From an uncultured Eubacteriales bacterium (GTDB taxonomy: Bacteria; Bacillota; Clostridia; Oscillospirales; CAG-272): a stretch of DNA of 58,405 bases. Made by a program: the position numbers and the translations under genes. The stretch's first letter is position 1, and each line of letters starts with the position of its first letter. Location of the stretch: assembly GCA_934385225.1 (NCBI GenBank), contig CAKRPQ010000003.1:1-58405 (forward strand). Reading direction: 5' to 3'. Of this stretch, positions 25,593 to 34,780 are shown in pieces. A model generated the notes under the pieces. The model saw only the letters and a list, made by a program, of their open reading frames with translations. It did not search any database and was not told the DNA's origin.

Positions 25593-25936
25593 AAAGTTTA
25601 GGCTAAACCGATAATTAAAGTTTCGGTCAAGCCTTTTCAAAGGCTTGCGGTTTCCAAAGGCGGAGCCTTGGTCGCTCGTTGAGGCGAGCGAAATAATCTC
25701 GGCGCTTTCTTTTTGTTAACTTTTTCTTTGCGCCTGTCGCATCAAAGAAAAAGTGGAAAACGGTGCTGCACGACTTCACGTCGGCGGATAGGTGACCAAC
25801 CCTTCCGTCGGAGGGCTTGCGCACCTCCGCCACCTCCCCTTGCACAGGGGAGGCTAAAAAGAGAGTGCCTGCAACACCAAAAGAAAAGGCGTCAGACGGT
25901 GCCGCACGACATCACGGCTGTAAAGAGGTGAACTTT
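25593..25936 (+). repeat. modular hairpin-rich intergenic repeat, copy D plus partial second module
   Basis: It is collinear with copy B, sharing an identical 32-mer (16428-16459 = 25706-25737), and with copy C. The tail 25865-25891 is identical to 8198-8224 and to the reverse complement of 20950-20976. Confidence 0.8.
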
Positions 25937-26617
25937 TCACCCGCCGTTTTTGAACGCTTCAAGCTCCTTTTCAAACAGTGAAAAGGGGTAGACGCCGCTC
26001 GGAATTTCACACACCTCAAAATGCCTGCCGTCAAAGTCAAATTCAAGCCCCGCGGAGAACAGCGCGATCCCCGCATGACCCGCATCCGCGCGCTTTATGC
26101 GGCTTCCGTACTTCCCGTCAAAGACAACGGGCATTCCGCGCGACGCGAACTGCGCCCGTATCTGGTGCGTTCTGCCCGTCATAAGCGTGACCGAAACGAG
26201 CGTAAATTCGCCGCTTTTTCCGAGAACGGTGTAGGCAAGCGCCGCTTTTTTGACGCCCGCGCGCTCGCGGTCACAGACGAAACTCTTCCGCTTCGCACGG
26301 TCGAAGAATAATAAATCCTCGAAAACGCCCGCGTTTTCCGTCGGACACCCCGTGATAACGGCGAGGTAACGTTTTTTGCATTTCGTTTTGTCCGAAATTA
26401 TCGCCGAAAGCTCCGCCGCCGCACGCTTTGAACGCGCGAGAACGATAAGACCGCCCGTAACGACATCGAGCCTGTTCACGGGATAAAATTCCCCGCCGTA
26501 TTTCTCCTCGCAGAGCGAAATCACATCGTTTTTTTCGGTACTTTTTTCCGATGCGACACCGAAATATTTTATCGGTATGACGAATTTGTCGTTTTCTGTC
26601 GCTATTTTCATATTCAT
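25937..26617 (-). CDS. RluA-family pseudouridine synthase (short, no S4 domain)
   Basis: The motifs are PVNRLDVVTGGLIVLARS and TLMTGRTHQIRAQFA. The start was chosen at MNMKIATEN (weak RBS); the upstream part of the ORF-track call overlaps the AraC gene in another frame. Confidence 0.75.
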   Translation of the reverse strand: MNMKIATENDKFVIPIKYFGVASEKSTEKNDVISLCEEKYGGEFYPVNRLDVVTGGLIVLARSKRAAAELSAIISDKTKCKKRYLAVITGCPTENAGVFEDLLFFDRAKRKSFVCDRERAGVKKAALAYTVLGKSGEFTLVSVTLMTGRTHQIRAQFASRGMPVVFDGKYGSRIKRADAGHAGIALFSAGLEFDFDGRHFEVCEIPSGVYPFSLFEKELEAFKNGG

Positions 26618-26637
26618 ATTCAAATTCAAACTTAAAC

Positions 26638-27528
26638 TCAATCCGACGGCGTGACGCGCCCCGAAACGGGCTTCTTCACGCTGCCCGCTTTTTTCGCCTT
26701 TTCGCGGTAGTCCGTCGCCGTCATGCCGAAATATTTTTTGAACATCTTCATAAAATGTATCTCGTCGCGGTAGCCTGCCATTGCAGCCGCCTCTTTTATA
26801 CTCAGATTCGTCTCCGAGAGCAGCTTCGCGGCGGTGTTCATTTTGAGATCCGTCAGCTTTTTCATCGGCGACATACCGTATTTTTCGCCGAATATCTTGC
26901 ATAGCGTCGAATGACTTGTGTAAAGTGCCATGCAGAGCGATTCTATCGTAAAATCGGGGTTCGACGAGTTCACTGATATATAGCGCAGAGCCTGCTCGGC
27001 AAGCTCCGAACGACCCGCCGACGTCGTTTCGCCTCCGACAATTTCGCCGACGACGGAGAAAAGCGCCGATTTTGCCTTGTATTCGTTGACGTTGCCGCTT
27101 GCCATCGACGATATTACGGACGTTACAACGTCCTCTATAAATTCGGGACTTCGCGGCGTTATGATCGGGTGTTCAAGGTCGAAGCCCATTTTGAGACCGA
27201 GCTTTGCCGCCTCCGCGCCGCTGAAATAAAACCAGAAATACCGCCATTTTTCGCCGCCCGCCGCGTCCTCCGCGGGATAGTACATTATCTCCTTGTTCGG
27301 CGGCAGAAAGAAGAGCTGCTTTTCGCGCACGTCAAACTCGTTTCCCGCAAGAAAGAGCTTTCCGCTGCCTTTGAGGACGAAATGCAGGGTGTAGTCGGGC
27401 TGAATGCGCAGATATTTTATCGGTTCGATAAATTCAAAGTCGTTGTAGCCGACGTTATGTATGAAAAGATCCTTTTCGCCGCCGTAGGCAAAGACTCTTA
27501 ACATCGACGGATTTCTTCGCGTTTCCAT
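26638..27528 (-). CDS. AraC-family transcriptional regulator, divergent from the mdh-hdr-frd operon
   Basis: The C-terminal HTH reads LCMALYTSHSTLCKIFGEKYGMSPMKKLTDLKMNTAAKLL..IKEAAAMAGYRDEIHFMKMFKKYFGMTATDYR. The start is at METRRNP (GGAGGGAACGCC RBS). Confidence 0.85.
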   Translation of the reverse strand: METRRNPSMLRVFAYGGEKDLFIHNVGYNDFEFIEPIKYLRIQPDYTLHFVLKGSGKLFLAGNEFDVREKQLFFLPPNKEIMYYPAEDAAGGEKWRYFWFYFSGAEAAKLGLKMGFDLEHPIITPRSPEFIEDVVTSVISSMASGNVNEYKAKSALFSVVGEIVGGETTSAGRSELAEQALRYISVNSSNPDFTIESLCMALYTSHSTLCKIFGEKYGMSPMKKLTDLKMNTAAKLLSETNLSIKEAAAMAGYRDEIHFMKMFKKYFGMTATDYREKAKKAGSVKKPVSGRVTPSD

Positions 27529-27805
27529 GGCGTTCCCTCCGTTCTTTAATAATAAGGAAATTATATCATTAAAAGCGCGTCCTGTCAATACGGAACGGGC
27601 GGAAGCGGCACGAAAATCGGTTATATCAAAAACGAAATGCCGAGAGAAAAAATATATATATCCAGATTGTTAAAAAATTGGCGAAAAAACTTTTTTTGCG
27701 ACGTAAAATGTGATATAATAGAATGAATCCAAATGTGCAAAGCCGTCCGCGCGCGAAAAAGCGGGACGGTCGCGATAAAAAACAAACCAAAAGGGAAGGT
27801 GCATT

Positions 27806-28750
27806 ATGAACAAAATATCCATTATCGGCACAGGCAGCGTCGGTTCGACCATCGCCTACACTCTCACAGTCATGGGTCTCGCCTCCGAGATCGTCATGAT
27901 CGACATCAACAACGAAAAGGCTCTGGGCGAGGCACTCGACATCAGACAGGGTACGCCTTTTTGCAGCCCCACAACTATCTACGCGGGCGATTACCGCGAC
28001 GCGGAAAACTCCGACATCGTTATCCTTACGTCGGGAATTGCGAGAAAGCCCGGTCAGTCGAGACTTGAACTCGCACAGACGAACGTAAACATCACCAAGT
28101 CCATTATCCCCGAAATCGAAAAGTACGCGCCGAACGCAACCTACATCATCGTCAGCAACCCCGTCGATATCCTTACATATACGTTCAATAAGCTGTCGGG
28201 CATTCCCGAAAACCGCATTATAGGTTCGGGTACTATCCTTGACACGGCTCGTCTGCGCACGAGACTTTCCGAATACTACAATATCAACCAGAGCAACGTT
28301 CACGCTTACGTTTTCGGCGAACACGGCGATTCTTCGTTCATTCCGTGGTCCATTGCGAACATTTCGAACGTTCCGATCTCCGAGTGCAACCGGCTTATAA
28401 CGACACCCGGTATCGTCAGCCCGAAGCTCGATTTCGAAGAGATCGAACAGTATGTTAAGAAGTCGGGCGGCCGCGTTATCGCAAGAAAGGGCGCAACGTT
28501 CTATGCCGTTTCCGTTTCCGTCTGTCATATATGCAAGTGCGTTCTCAGCGGTATCGACACTACAATGACGGTATCGACTATGATGCACGGCGAGTACGGC
28601 ATTGACGACGTCTGCCTCAGCACGCTCAATATGGTCGGAAATCACGGCCTGCGCGGAAAGGTCAACGTTCCGCTCACGGACGGTGAGATAGCAAAGCTCC
28701 GCGCAAGCGCAGATACGCTTAAAGACGTAATAAACAATCTTGAAATCTGA
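27806..28750 (+). CDS. LDH/MDH-family 2-hydroxyacid dehydrogenase; LDH-type scaffold with Arg at the Gln102 position (predicted malate dehydrogenase)
   Basis: The motifs are IIGTGSVGST, SGIARKPGQSRLEL, GSGTILDTARLR and NVHAYVFGEHGDS. The alignment to B. stearothermophilus LDH was done from memory. Confidence 0.8.
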   Translation: MNKISIIGTGSVGSTIAYTLTVMGLASEIVMIDINNEKALGEALDIRQGTPFCSPTTIYAGDYRDAENSDIVILTSGIARKPGQSRLELAQTNVNITKSIIPEIEKYAPNATYIIVSNPVDILTYTFNKLSGIPENRIIGSGTILDTARLRTRLSEYYNINQSNVHAYVFGEHGDSSFIPWSIANISNVPISECNRLITTPGIVSPKLDFEEIEQYVKKSGGRVIARKGATFYAVSVSVCHICKCVLSGIDTTMTVSTMMHGEYGIDDVCLSTLNMVGNHGLRGKVNVPLTDGEIAKLRASADTLKDVINNLEI

Positions 28751-28761
28751 GAGGCACGAAA

Positions 28762-30138
28762 ATGGAATACCGTATCGAACACGATTCTATGGGCGAGGTC
28801 AAAGTCCCCGCAGATAAACTCTGGGCGGCACAGACCGAAAGAAGTCACGAGAATTTCAGAATAGGCGTCGGTATCGAAACGATGCCGAGAGAAATAACAC
28901 ACGCGTTCGGAATACTTAAAAAAGCAGCCGCAATGGCGAACGCGGAACTCAAACCCGAAAAAATGACCGCCGAAAAGCTCGCCGTTATCGAAAAGGCGTG
29001 CGACGAGGTTATTTCGGGCACTCTTAACGAGCATTTCCCGCTTGTCGTATGGCAGACGGGATCGGGAACGCAGTCGAATATGAACGCGAACGAAGTCATC
29101 GCAAACCGCGCAAACGAGCTTGCGGGCAAAAAACTCTGCCACCCGAACGACGATATAAATATGAGTCAGTCGTCAAACGACACATTCCCGACCGCGATGC
29201 ACATTTCGGCAGTTATCGCGATCGAAGATAAGCTGCTGCCCGCGATAGAACTGCTTATATCGACCTTCAAGCGCCTTGAAGAGGAGAATGAGGGCATAGT
29301 AAAGTCGGGACGCACGCATTTGCAGGACGCAACGCCGATAAAGTTCAGTCAGGAGATTTCGGGCTGGCGTTCGAGCCTTGAACGCGACGCGGAGCTTCTC
29401 CGCCTTGCGGTAAAGCCGCTTCACGAACTTGCTCTCGGCGGAACCGCCGTCGGCACGGGTCTTAACGCGCCGAAAGGCTTCTCGGAACTTGTCGCAAAGA
29501 AGGTAGAACTTCTCACGGGCAAGCCGTTCGTCACCGCGCCGAATAAATTCCATTCTCTTACGTCAAAGGACGAGCTCGTTTTCGCTCACGGCGCGATAAA
29601 GGCGACTGCGTGCGATATGATGAAGATTGCGAACGACGTCCGTTGGCTCGCGTCGGGTCCCCGCGACGGCCTCGGCGAGATACACATTCCCGAAAACGAA
29701 CCCGGCTCGTCGATAATGCCGGGCAAGGTCAACCCGACGCAGTGCGAGGCTGTCACGATGGTTGCCGTTCAGGTCATGGGCAACGACGTCGCGGTCGGTA
29801 TGGCGGCATCGCAGGGCAACTTTGAGCTTAACGTGTTTATGCCCGTCGCCGCTTATAACTTCCTGCAATCCGCACGCCTGCTCGCGGAGGCGATAGTATC
29901 GTTCAACAATAACTGCGCCGTCGGAATTACGGCAAATAAGGATAAAATGTACCACAACCTCCACAATTCTCTTATGCTCGTAACGGCTCTCAACCCCTAC
30001 ATCGGCTACGAGAACGCCGCAAAGACGGCGAAAAAGGCGTTTAAGGACGGAATTTCGCTGAAAGAGGCTTGTGTAGAACTCGGATTCCTTACCGCGGAAA
30101 AATTCGACGAGGTATTCCACCCCGAACAGATGGTCTGA
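28762..30138 (+). CDS. fumC: class II fumarate hydratase
   Basis: The signature is GSSIMPGKVNPTQCEA, the length is 458 aa, and the N-terminus MEYRIEHDSMGEVKVPADKLWAAQTERS is typical. Confidence 0.95.
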   Translation: MEYRIEHDSMGEVKVPADKLWAAQTERSHENFRIGVGIETMPREITHAFGILKKAAAMANAELKPEKMTAEKLAVIEKACDEVISGTLNEHFPLVVWQTGSGTQSNMNANEVIANRANELAGKKLCHPNDDINMSQSSNDTFPTAMHISAVIAIEDKLLPAIELLISTFKRLEEENEGIVKSGRTHLQDATPIKFSQEISGWRSSLERDAELLRLAVKPLHELALGGTAVGTGLNAPKGFSELVAKKVELLTGKPFVTAPNKFHSLTSKDELVFAHGAIKATACDMMKIANDVRWLASGPRDGLGEIHIPENEPGSSIMPGKVNPTQCEAVTMVAVQVMGNDVAVGMAASQGNFELNVFMPVAAYNFLQSARLLAEAIVSFNNNCAVGITANKDKMYHNLHNSLMLVTALNPYIGYENAAKTAKKAFKDGISLKEACVELGFLTAEKFDEVFHPEQMV

Positions 30139-30156
30139 TCACCGCTTGGAGGAAAA

Positions 30157-30945
30157 ATGATGAAAGTTAGTTATTTTCCCGGCTGTACGCTTCGCACAAA
30201 GGCAAAAGAGCTTGACGCCTACGCCCGCAAATGCGCCGAGATACTCGGAGTAGAGCTTTGCGAGATAAAGGACTGGCAGTGCTGCGGCGGAGTTTACGTC
30301 ACCGCGAAAAACGAAATTGCGACAAAGCTGTCAAGCGTCCGTGCTCTCGTCGCGGCAAGGGACGAGGGTATGCCGCTCGTCACCGTTTGCTCCGCCTGCC
30401 ATAACGTCATAAAGCAGACGAATAACGCGATGCGCACTGACAGGGAGTTCGCCGACAAGGTGAACCGCTATATGGCGCAGGAGAAGACCCCGACCTCCTA
30501 CGAGGGCGAGACGGAGGTGCTTCACTACCTCGAACTTCTGCGCGACGTCGTCGGCTTCGACAAGATAAAGGAAAAGGTCGTAAATCCCCTTACGGGAAAG
30601 AAGATAGCGCCTTACTACGGCTGCCTTCTGCTCCGTCCCGGCAAGGTCATGGCGTTTGACGACGTCGAAAACCCGACGATAATGGAAAATTTCATTCGCG
30701 CTCTCGGTGCAGAGCCTGTTATATACCCGATGCGGAACGAATGCTGCGGCGGTTACGTCACTCTCGAAGACGCGGAGCTTTCAAAGAAGAAGAGCCTCGC
30801 CGTCGGCGAGAATGCGGAGGCGCACGGAGCGACCCTTATGGTCACAGCCTGTCCGCTTTGCAAGTACAATCTCACAAAGAACGGCAGCCCCGTTCCGGTC
30901 GTATATTTCACGGAGCTTCTCGCAGAGGCTCTCGGCGTAAAATAA
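30157..30945 (+). CDS. hdrB: HdrB-like CCG-domain protein (heterodisulfide reductase subunit B family)
   Basis: There are two CCG-type Cys patterns: FPGC...WQCCGG...CSAC and YYGC...NECCGG...CPLC. Confidence 0.85.
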   Translation: MMKVSYFPGCTLRTKAKELDAYARKCAEILGVELCEIKDWQCCGGVYVTAKNEIATKLSSVRALVAARDEGMPLVTVCSACHNVIKQTNNAMRTDREFADKVNRYMAQEKTPTSYEGETEVLHYLELLRDVVGFDKIKEKVVNPLTGKKIAPYYGCLLLRPGKVMAFDDVENPTIMENFIRALGAEPVIYPMRNECCGGYVTLEDAELSKKKSLAVGENAEAHGATLMVTACPLCKYNLTKNGSPVPVVYFTELLAEALGVK

Positions 30946-30975
30946 TGATGGGAGAATGGAGAAGAGAAACGCAAA

Positions 30976-31362
30976 ATGCAAAACGAAGAACTTAAAAAAC
31001 AAATCATACGCGAGAGCGGTGTGAACCCGCTCAAATGTATGCGCTGCGGAAAATGCTCGGCAACCTGCCCGTCATACGACGAAATGGAGTATCACCCGCA
31101 CCAGTTTGTGTATATGGTCGAGATCGGCGACATCGAAACTCTGATGAAGTCGGATTCGATTTATAAATGCCTTTCGTGCTTTGCCTGTATCGACAGGTGT
31201 CCGAGAGGCGTAGAACCCGCAAAGATAGTAGAGGCTGTCCGCCTTGAAGTCATAAGACAAAAGGGCGCAAATCACCTCACGTCAAACGACATTCCCGCGC
31301 TTGCGGACGACGATATGCCCCAGCAGGCACTCGTCAGCGCAATGCGCAAGTATTCAAAGTAA
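30976..31362 (+). CDS. hdrC: HdrC-like 2x[4Fe-4S] ferredoxin subunit
   Basis: The motifs are CMRCGKCSATCP and CLSCFACIDRCP. It is 128 aa and sits between hdrB and hdrA. Confidence 0.8.
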   Translation: MQNEELKKQIIRESGVNPLKCMRCGKCSATCPSYDEMEYHPHQFVYMVEIGDIETLMKSDSIYKCLSCFACIDRCPRGVEPAKIVEAVRLEVIRQKGANHLTSNDIPALADDDMPQQALVSAMRKYSK

Positions 31363-31377
31363 GGAGGAGAAAAAACA

Positions 31378-33372
31378 ATGCAGAGAATAGGCGTATTTGT
31401 CTGCCACTGCGGAACGAACATCGCTGGAACAGTCGATGTAAAGGCTGTCGCAGAGGCTATAAAGAACGAACCGGGCGTGGTTTTCTCCACCGACTACCAG
31501 TATATGTGCTCCCAGGCGGGACAGAACATGATAAAGGACGCCGTAAAGGAGAATAACTTAACGGGAATAGTTGTCTGTTCATGCTCGCCGCGTATGCACG
31601 AGGCGACGTTCAGAAAAACGGCAGCCGCCGCCGGTCTTAACCCGTATATGGTTGAAATCGCGAATATCCGCGAGCAGTGCTCGTGGGTACATAAGTCGAT
31701 GCCAGATGGCACCGAAAAGGCGATAATCCTTGCCAAAGCCGCCGTCGCAAAGGTGAACCTCAACGCTCCGCTCACACCCGGCGAAAGCCCCGTTACAAAG
31801 CGTGCGCTCGTCATCGGCGGAGGTATCGCGGGCATTCAGACCGCGCTCGATATTGCCGACGCGGGCTTCCCTGTCGATATCGTCGAAACGAAACCGACAA
31901 TCGGCGGTAAAATGGCACAGCTTGACAAGACGTTCCCGACGCTCGACTGCGCGGCTTGTATCCTCACGCCGAAGATGGTCGACGTTGCACAGAACGAAAA
32001 GATAAGAATCTTCTCCTACTCCGAGGTTACGGACGTAAAGGGCTTTGTCGGCAACTTTGACGTCACGATAAAGAGAAAGGCGAGATATGTAAAAGAGGAC
32101 ATCTGCACGGGCTGCGGTCTTTGCACCGAGAAATGCCCGCAGAAGAAAGTCCCGAACGAGTTCAACCTCGGTATGGACAACCGTCACGCGATCTATATTC
32201 CGTTCGCGCAGGCTGTCCCGAAGGTAGCGACGATTGACCCGAACTACTGTACGATGCTTAAAACGGGCAAGTGCGGCGTATGTTCCAAGGTCTGCGGCGC
32301 GGGCGCGATAGATTATAAGGCGAAGGACGAATTTGTTGAGGAAAAGTACGGCGCTATCGTCGTCGCGACGGGCTTCAACCCGATTTCGATGGAAAAATTC
32401 GACGAATTTGCGTATTCGCAGTCGAAGGACGTCGTAACGTCGCTCGAACTTGAAAGACTTATGAACGCGGCAGGACCTACGGGCGGCACGCTTCTCCGTC
32501 CCTCCGACGGAACTCACCCGCATACGATAGTTTTCGTTCAGTGCGTAGGCTCGCGCTGCGCCTCCTGCGCCGAAAAGGGCAAGGAATACTGCTCGAAGAT
32601 ATGCTGTATGTACACCGCAAAGCACGCGATGCTCATACGCGACAAATATCCCGACACCGACGTTTATGTATTCTATATCGACGTGCGTACACCCGGTAAG
32701 AACTTCGACGAATTTTACCGCCGCGCGGTTGAGGAGTACGGCGTTCACTACATAAAGGGTATGGTCGGCAAGGTTTCGCCCGAGGGCGGCAAGCTGAAAG
32801 TTCAGGGCTCGGATCTTATCTACGGCAAGCAGGTGCATATCGACGCCGATATGGTCGTTCTCGCAGCCGCGATAGAACCCGATAAGTCCGCGAGACACCT
32901 CGCGACTATGCTCACCGCCAGCATGGATACGAACGACTTCTTCACCGAGGCTCACCCGAAGCTCCGTCCCGTAGAAAGCCCGACAGCGGGCGTTTACCTT
33001 TCGGGAACGTGCCAGGGACCGAAGGATATTCCCGAAACCGTCGCACAGGCGGGTGCCGCCGCGTCGAAGGTCATCGGACTTCTCTGCCACGATAAGCTCA
33101 CGGGCAACCCGTGCGTCGCTCATTCGGACGAGATGATGTGCAACGGCTGTTCGACCTGCGAAAAGGTATGTCCCTACGGCGCGATCACATATATCGACAA
33201 GGAATTCAGAATGCCCGACAGAACGACAAAGATACGCCGCGTGGCTTCCGTCAACGAGGCGGTCTGCCAGGGGTGCGGTGCTTGTACCGTCGCTTGTATG
33301 TCGGGGGCAATGGACCTTAAAGGCTTCATGAACAAACAAATCATGGCGGAGGTGGACGCAATATGCAAGTAA
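31378..33372 (+). CDS. hdrA: HdrA-like FAD/FeS flavoprotein (putative bifurcating subunit)
   Basis: The N-terminus is MQRIGVFVCHCGTNIAG and the FAD fold is ALVIGGGIAGIQTALDIADAG. There are several CxxCxxCxxxC clusters (CTGCGLCTEKCP, CGVCSKVC, CNGCSTCEKVCP, CQGCGACTVAC). Confidence 0.9.
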   Translation: MQRIGVFVCHCGTNIAGTVDVKAVAEAIKNEPGVVFSTDYQYMCSQAGQNMIKDAVKENNLTGIVVCSCSPRMHEATFRKTAAAAGLNPYMVEIANIREQCSWVHKSMPDGTEKAIILAKAAVAKVNLNAPLTPGESPVTKRALVIGGGIAGIQTALDIADAGFPVDIVETKPTIGGKMAQLDKTFPTLDCAACILTPKMVDVAQNEKIRIFSYSEVTDVKGFVGNFDVTIKRKARYVKEDICTGCGLCTEKCPQKKVPNEFNLGMDNRHAIYIPFAQAVPKVATIDPNYCTMLKTGKCGVCSKVCGAGAIDYKAKDEFVEEKYGAIVVATGFNPISMEKFDEFAYSQSKDVVTSLELERLMNAAGPTGGTLLRPSDGTHPHTIVFVQCVGSRCASCAEKGKEYCSKICCMYTAKHAMLIRDKYPDTDVYVFYIDVRTPGKNFDEFYRRAVEEYGVHYIKGMVGKVSPEGGKLKVQGSDLIYGKQVHIDADMVVLAAAIEPDKSARHLATMLTASMDTNDFFTEAHPKLRPVESPTAGVYLSGTCQGPKDIPETVAQAGAAASKVIGLLCHDKLTGNPCVAHSDEMMCNGCSTCEKVCPYGAITYIDKEFRMPDRTTKIRRVASVNEAVCQGCGACTVACMSGAMDLKGFMNKQIMAEVDAICK

Positions 33373-33800
33373 ACGAAGAATACAAGCCTCTGATAGTTGC
33401 ATTCTGCTGTAACTGGTGTTCCTATGCGGGCGCAGACCTTGCGGGCAACAACAGACTGGCTTATCCCGAAAACATTAAGATAATCCGCGTGCCCTGCTCG
33501 TGCCGTGTGAACCCGATGTTCATTCTCCGCGCGTTCCAGCGCGGTGCGGACGGCGTTATTCTCTGCGGTTGCCACCCCGGCGACTGCCATTACACGTCGG
33601 GCAACTACTACACAAGACGCCGTATGGCACTTCTCTTCTCCATGCTCGATTATCTCGGCATAGAGAGGGAACGCACGCGCGTCGAATGGGTAAGTGCAGC
33701 CGAAGGCGCAAAGTTCGCCGCCACAATGAACGATTTTGAAAAGAAAGTCGCCGCACTCGGCGAGAACAAGAGATTGGAGGACCTGAGATGCAAGAAATAA
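33363..33800 (+). CDS. mvhD: MvhD/FlxD-like iron-sulfur protein
   Basis: The motif PLIVAFCCNWCSYAGADLAG...IRVPCSCRVNP...DGVILCGCHPGDCHY is present. It overlaps the hdrA stop. Confidence 0.85.
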   Translation: MQVNEEYKPLIVAFCCNWCSYAGADLAGNNRLAYPENIKIIRVPCSCRVNPMFILRAFQRGADGVILCGCHPGDCHYTSGNYYTRRRMALLFSMLDYLGIERERTRVEWVSAAEGAKFAATMNDFEKKVAALGENKRLEDLRCKK

Positions 33801-34780
33801 CAAGAGACGCTCTTCTCGAAAGAGCGAAAAAACTTCTCGCAGACGGTACTGTCACGCGCGTTCTCGGCTGGAAAAAGGGCGAATTCGACTACGATATTAC
33901 CCCCGGACTTTTCCGCGGCGCAGAGGAGCTTGATTCGGAGCTTGTCTGGAACGGACTCTGCGGCGCGAACCTTTCAAAGTACCTTGTAAAAGAGACGGGA
34001 AAAGAGGACGGCAAGGTTCTTGCGTTCCTTAAACCCTGCGATACATACAGCTTCAACCAGCTTCTGACGGAACATCGCTTCGACCGCGAAAAGGTCTATG
34101 TAATAGGCGTTCCGTGCGACGGAATGATAGACGTAAACACGCTTAAAGCGCACGCCGAGAATATCGTCCGCGTGACGACGGATGGCGAAAAGGCAGATGT
34201 CGAAACTCTCTACGACGGAGTAAAGACGTTTGAGCGCACGGAGCTTCTCCCCGACAGATGCGTAAGATGCAAGTCGAAAAAGCACGTCGCATATGACGAA
34301 ATTCTCGGCGAGGACGGCGAGGTCGCCGATTCGAGCCGTTTCGACGAGGTTGCGGAGATTGAAAAGATGACTCCCGACGAGCGTTTCGCGTTCTGGCAGA
34401 ACGAGCTTTCGAGATGCATACGCTGCAACGCCTGTCGTAACGTCTGCCCCGCCTGCACCTGCGAAAAGTGCGTTTTCGATAACCCAGCGTCGGGCGTCGA
34501 AAACAAGGCGGCGTCAAACTCGTTTGAGGACAGTATGTTCCATATCATAAGAGCATTCCACGTTGCGGGCAGATGCACGGACTGCGGAGAGTGCTCGCGC
34601 GTATGTCCCGAACATATTCCGCTTCACCTGCTCAACCGCAAGTTCATAAAGGATATAGATTCCTTCTACGGCGATTATCAGGCGGGAGCCGAGGTCGGCT
34701 CGCGCGCGCCCGTAGTCAACTACACGACAGACGATATCGAACCCTCCGAGGCTGTAAAGAGAGGTGAGCATGATGCGTAA
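33788..34780 (+). CDS. iron-sulfur protein, FlxC-like
   Basis: The motifs are CIRCNACRNVCPACTC and CTDCGECSRVCP, with additional Cys (KPCDTYS, VPCDG). It overlaps both neighbouring genes. Confidence 0.65.
   Translation: MQEITRDALLERAKKLLADGTVTRVLGWKKGEFDYDITPGLFRGAEELDSELVWNGLCGANLSKYLVKETGKEDGKVLAFLKPCDTYSFNQLLTEHRFDREKVYVIGVPCDGMIDVNTLKAHAENIVRVTTDGEKADVETLYDGVKTFERTELLPDRCVRCKSKKHVAYDEILGEDGEVADSSRFDEVAEIEKMTPDERFAFWQNELSRCIRCNACRNVCPACTCEKCVFDNPASGVENKAASNSFEDSMFHIIRAFHVAGRCTDCGECSRVCPEHIPLHLLNRKFIKDIDSFYGDYQAGAEVGSRAPVVNYTTDDIEPSEAVKRGEHDA

Noticed and set aside
25558-25620. Riboswitch upstream of the ECF S-component-like gene
   Set aside because: Only ~35 nt of unique sequence lie between the repeat copy D and the RBS, and no conserved aptamer motif was recognised.
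27626-28645. 339-aa ORF antisense to the LDH/MDH-family gene
   Set aside because: It has no motifs and overlaps a gene with complete Rossmann and catalytic signatures.
31579-33402. 607-aa ORF antisense to hdrA
   Set aside because: It is a GC-rich antisense frame with no RBS or motifs, and hdrA on the plus strand has full cofactor motifs.
30157-33800. Literal annotation as CoB-CoM heterodisulfide reductase / methanogenesis genes
   Set aside because: The context is clearly a sporulating Firmicute (sigK, SLH, T-box). There are no methanogenesis genes, so the family names are used only in the structural sense.
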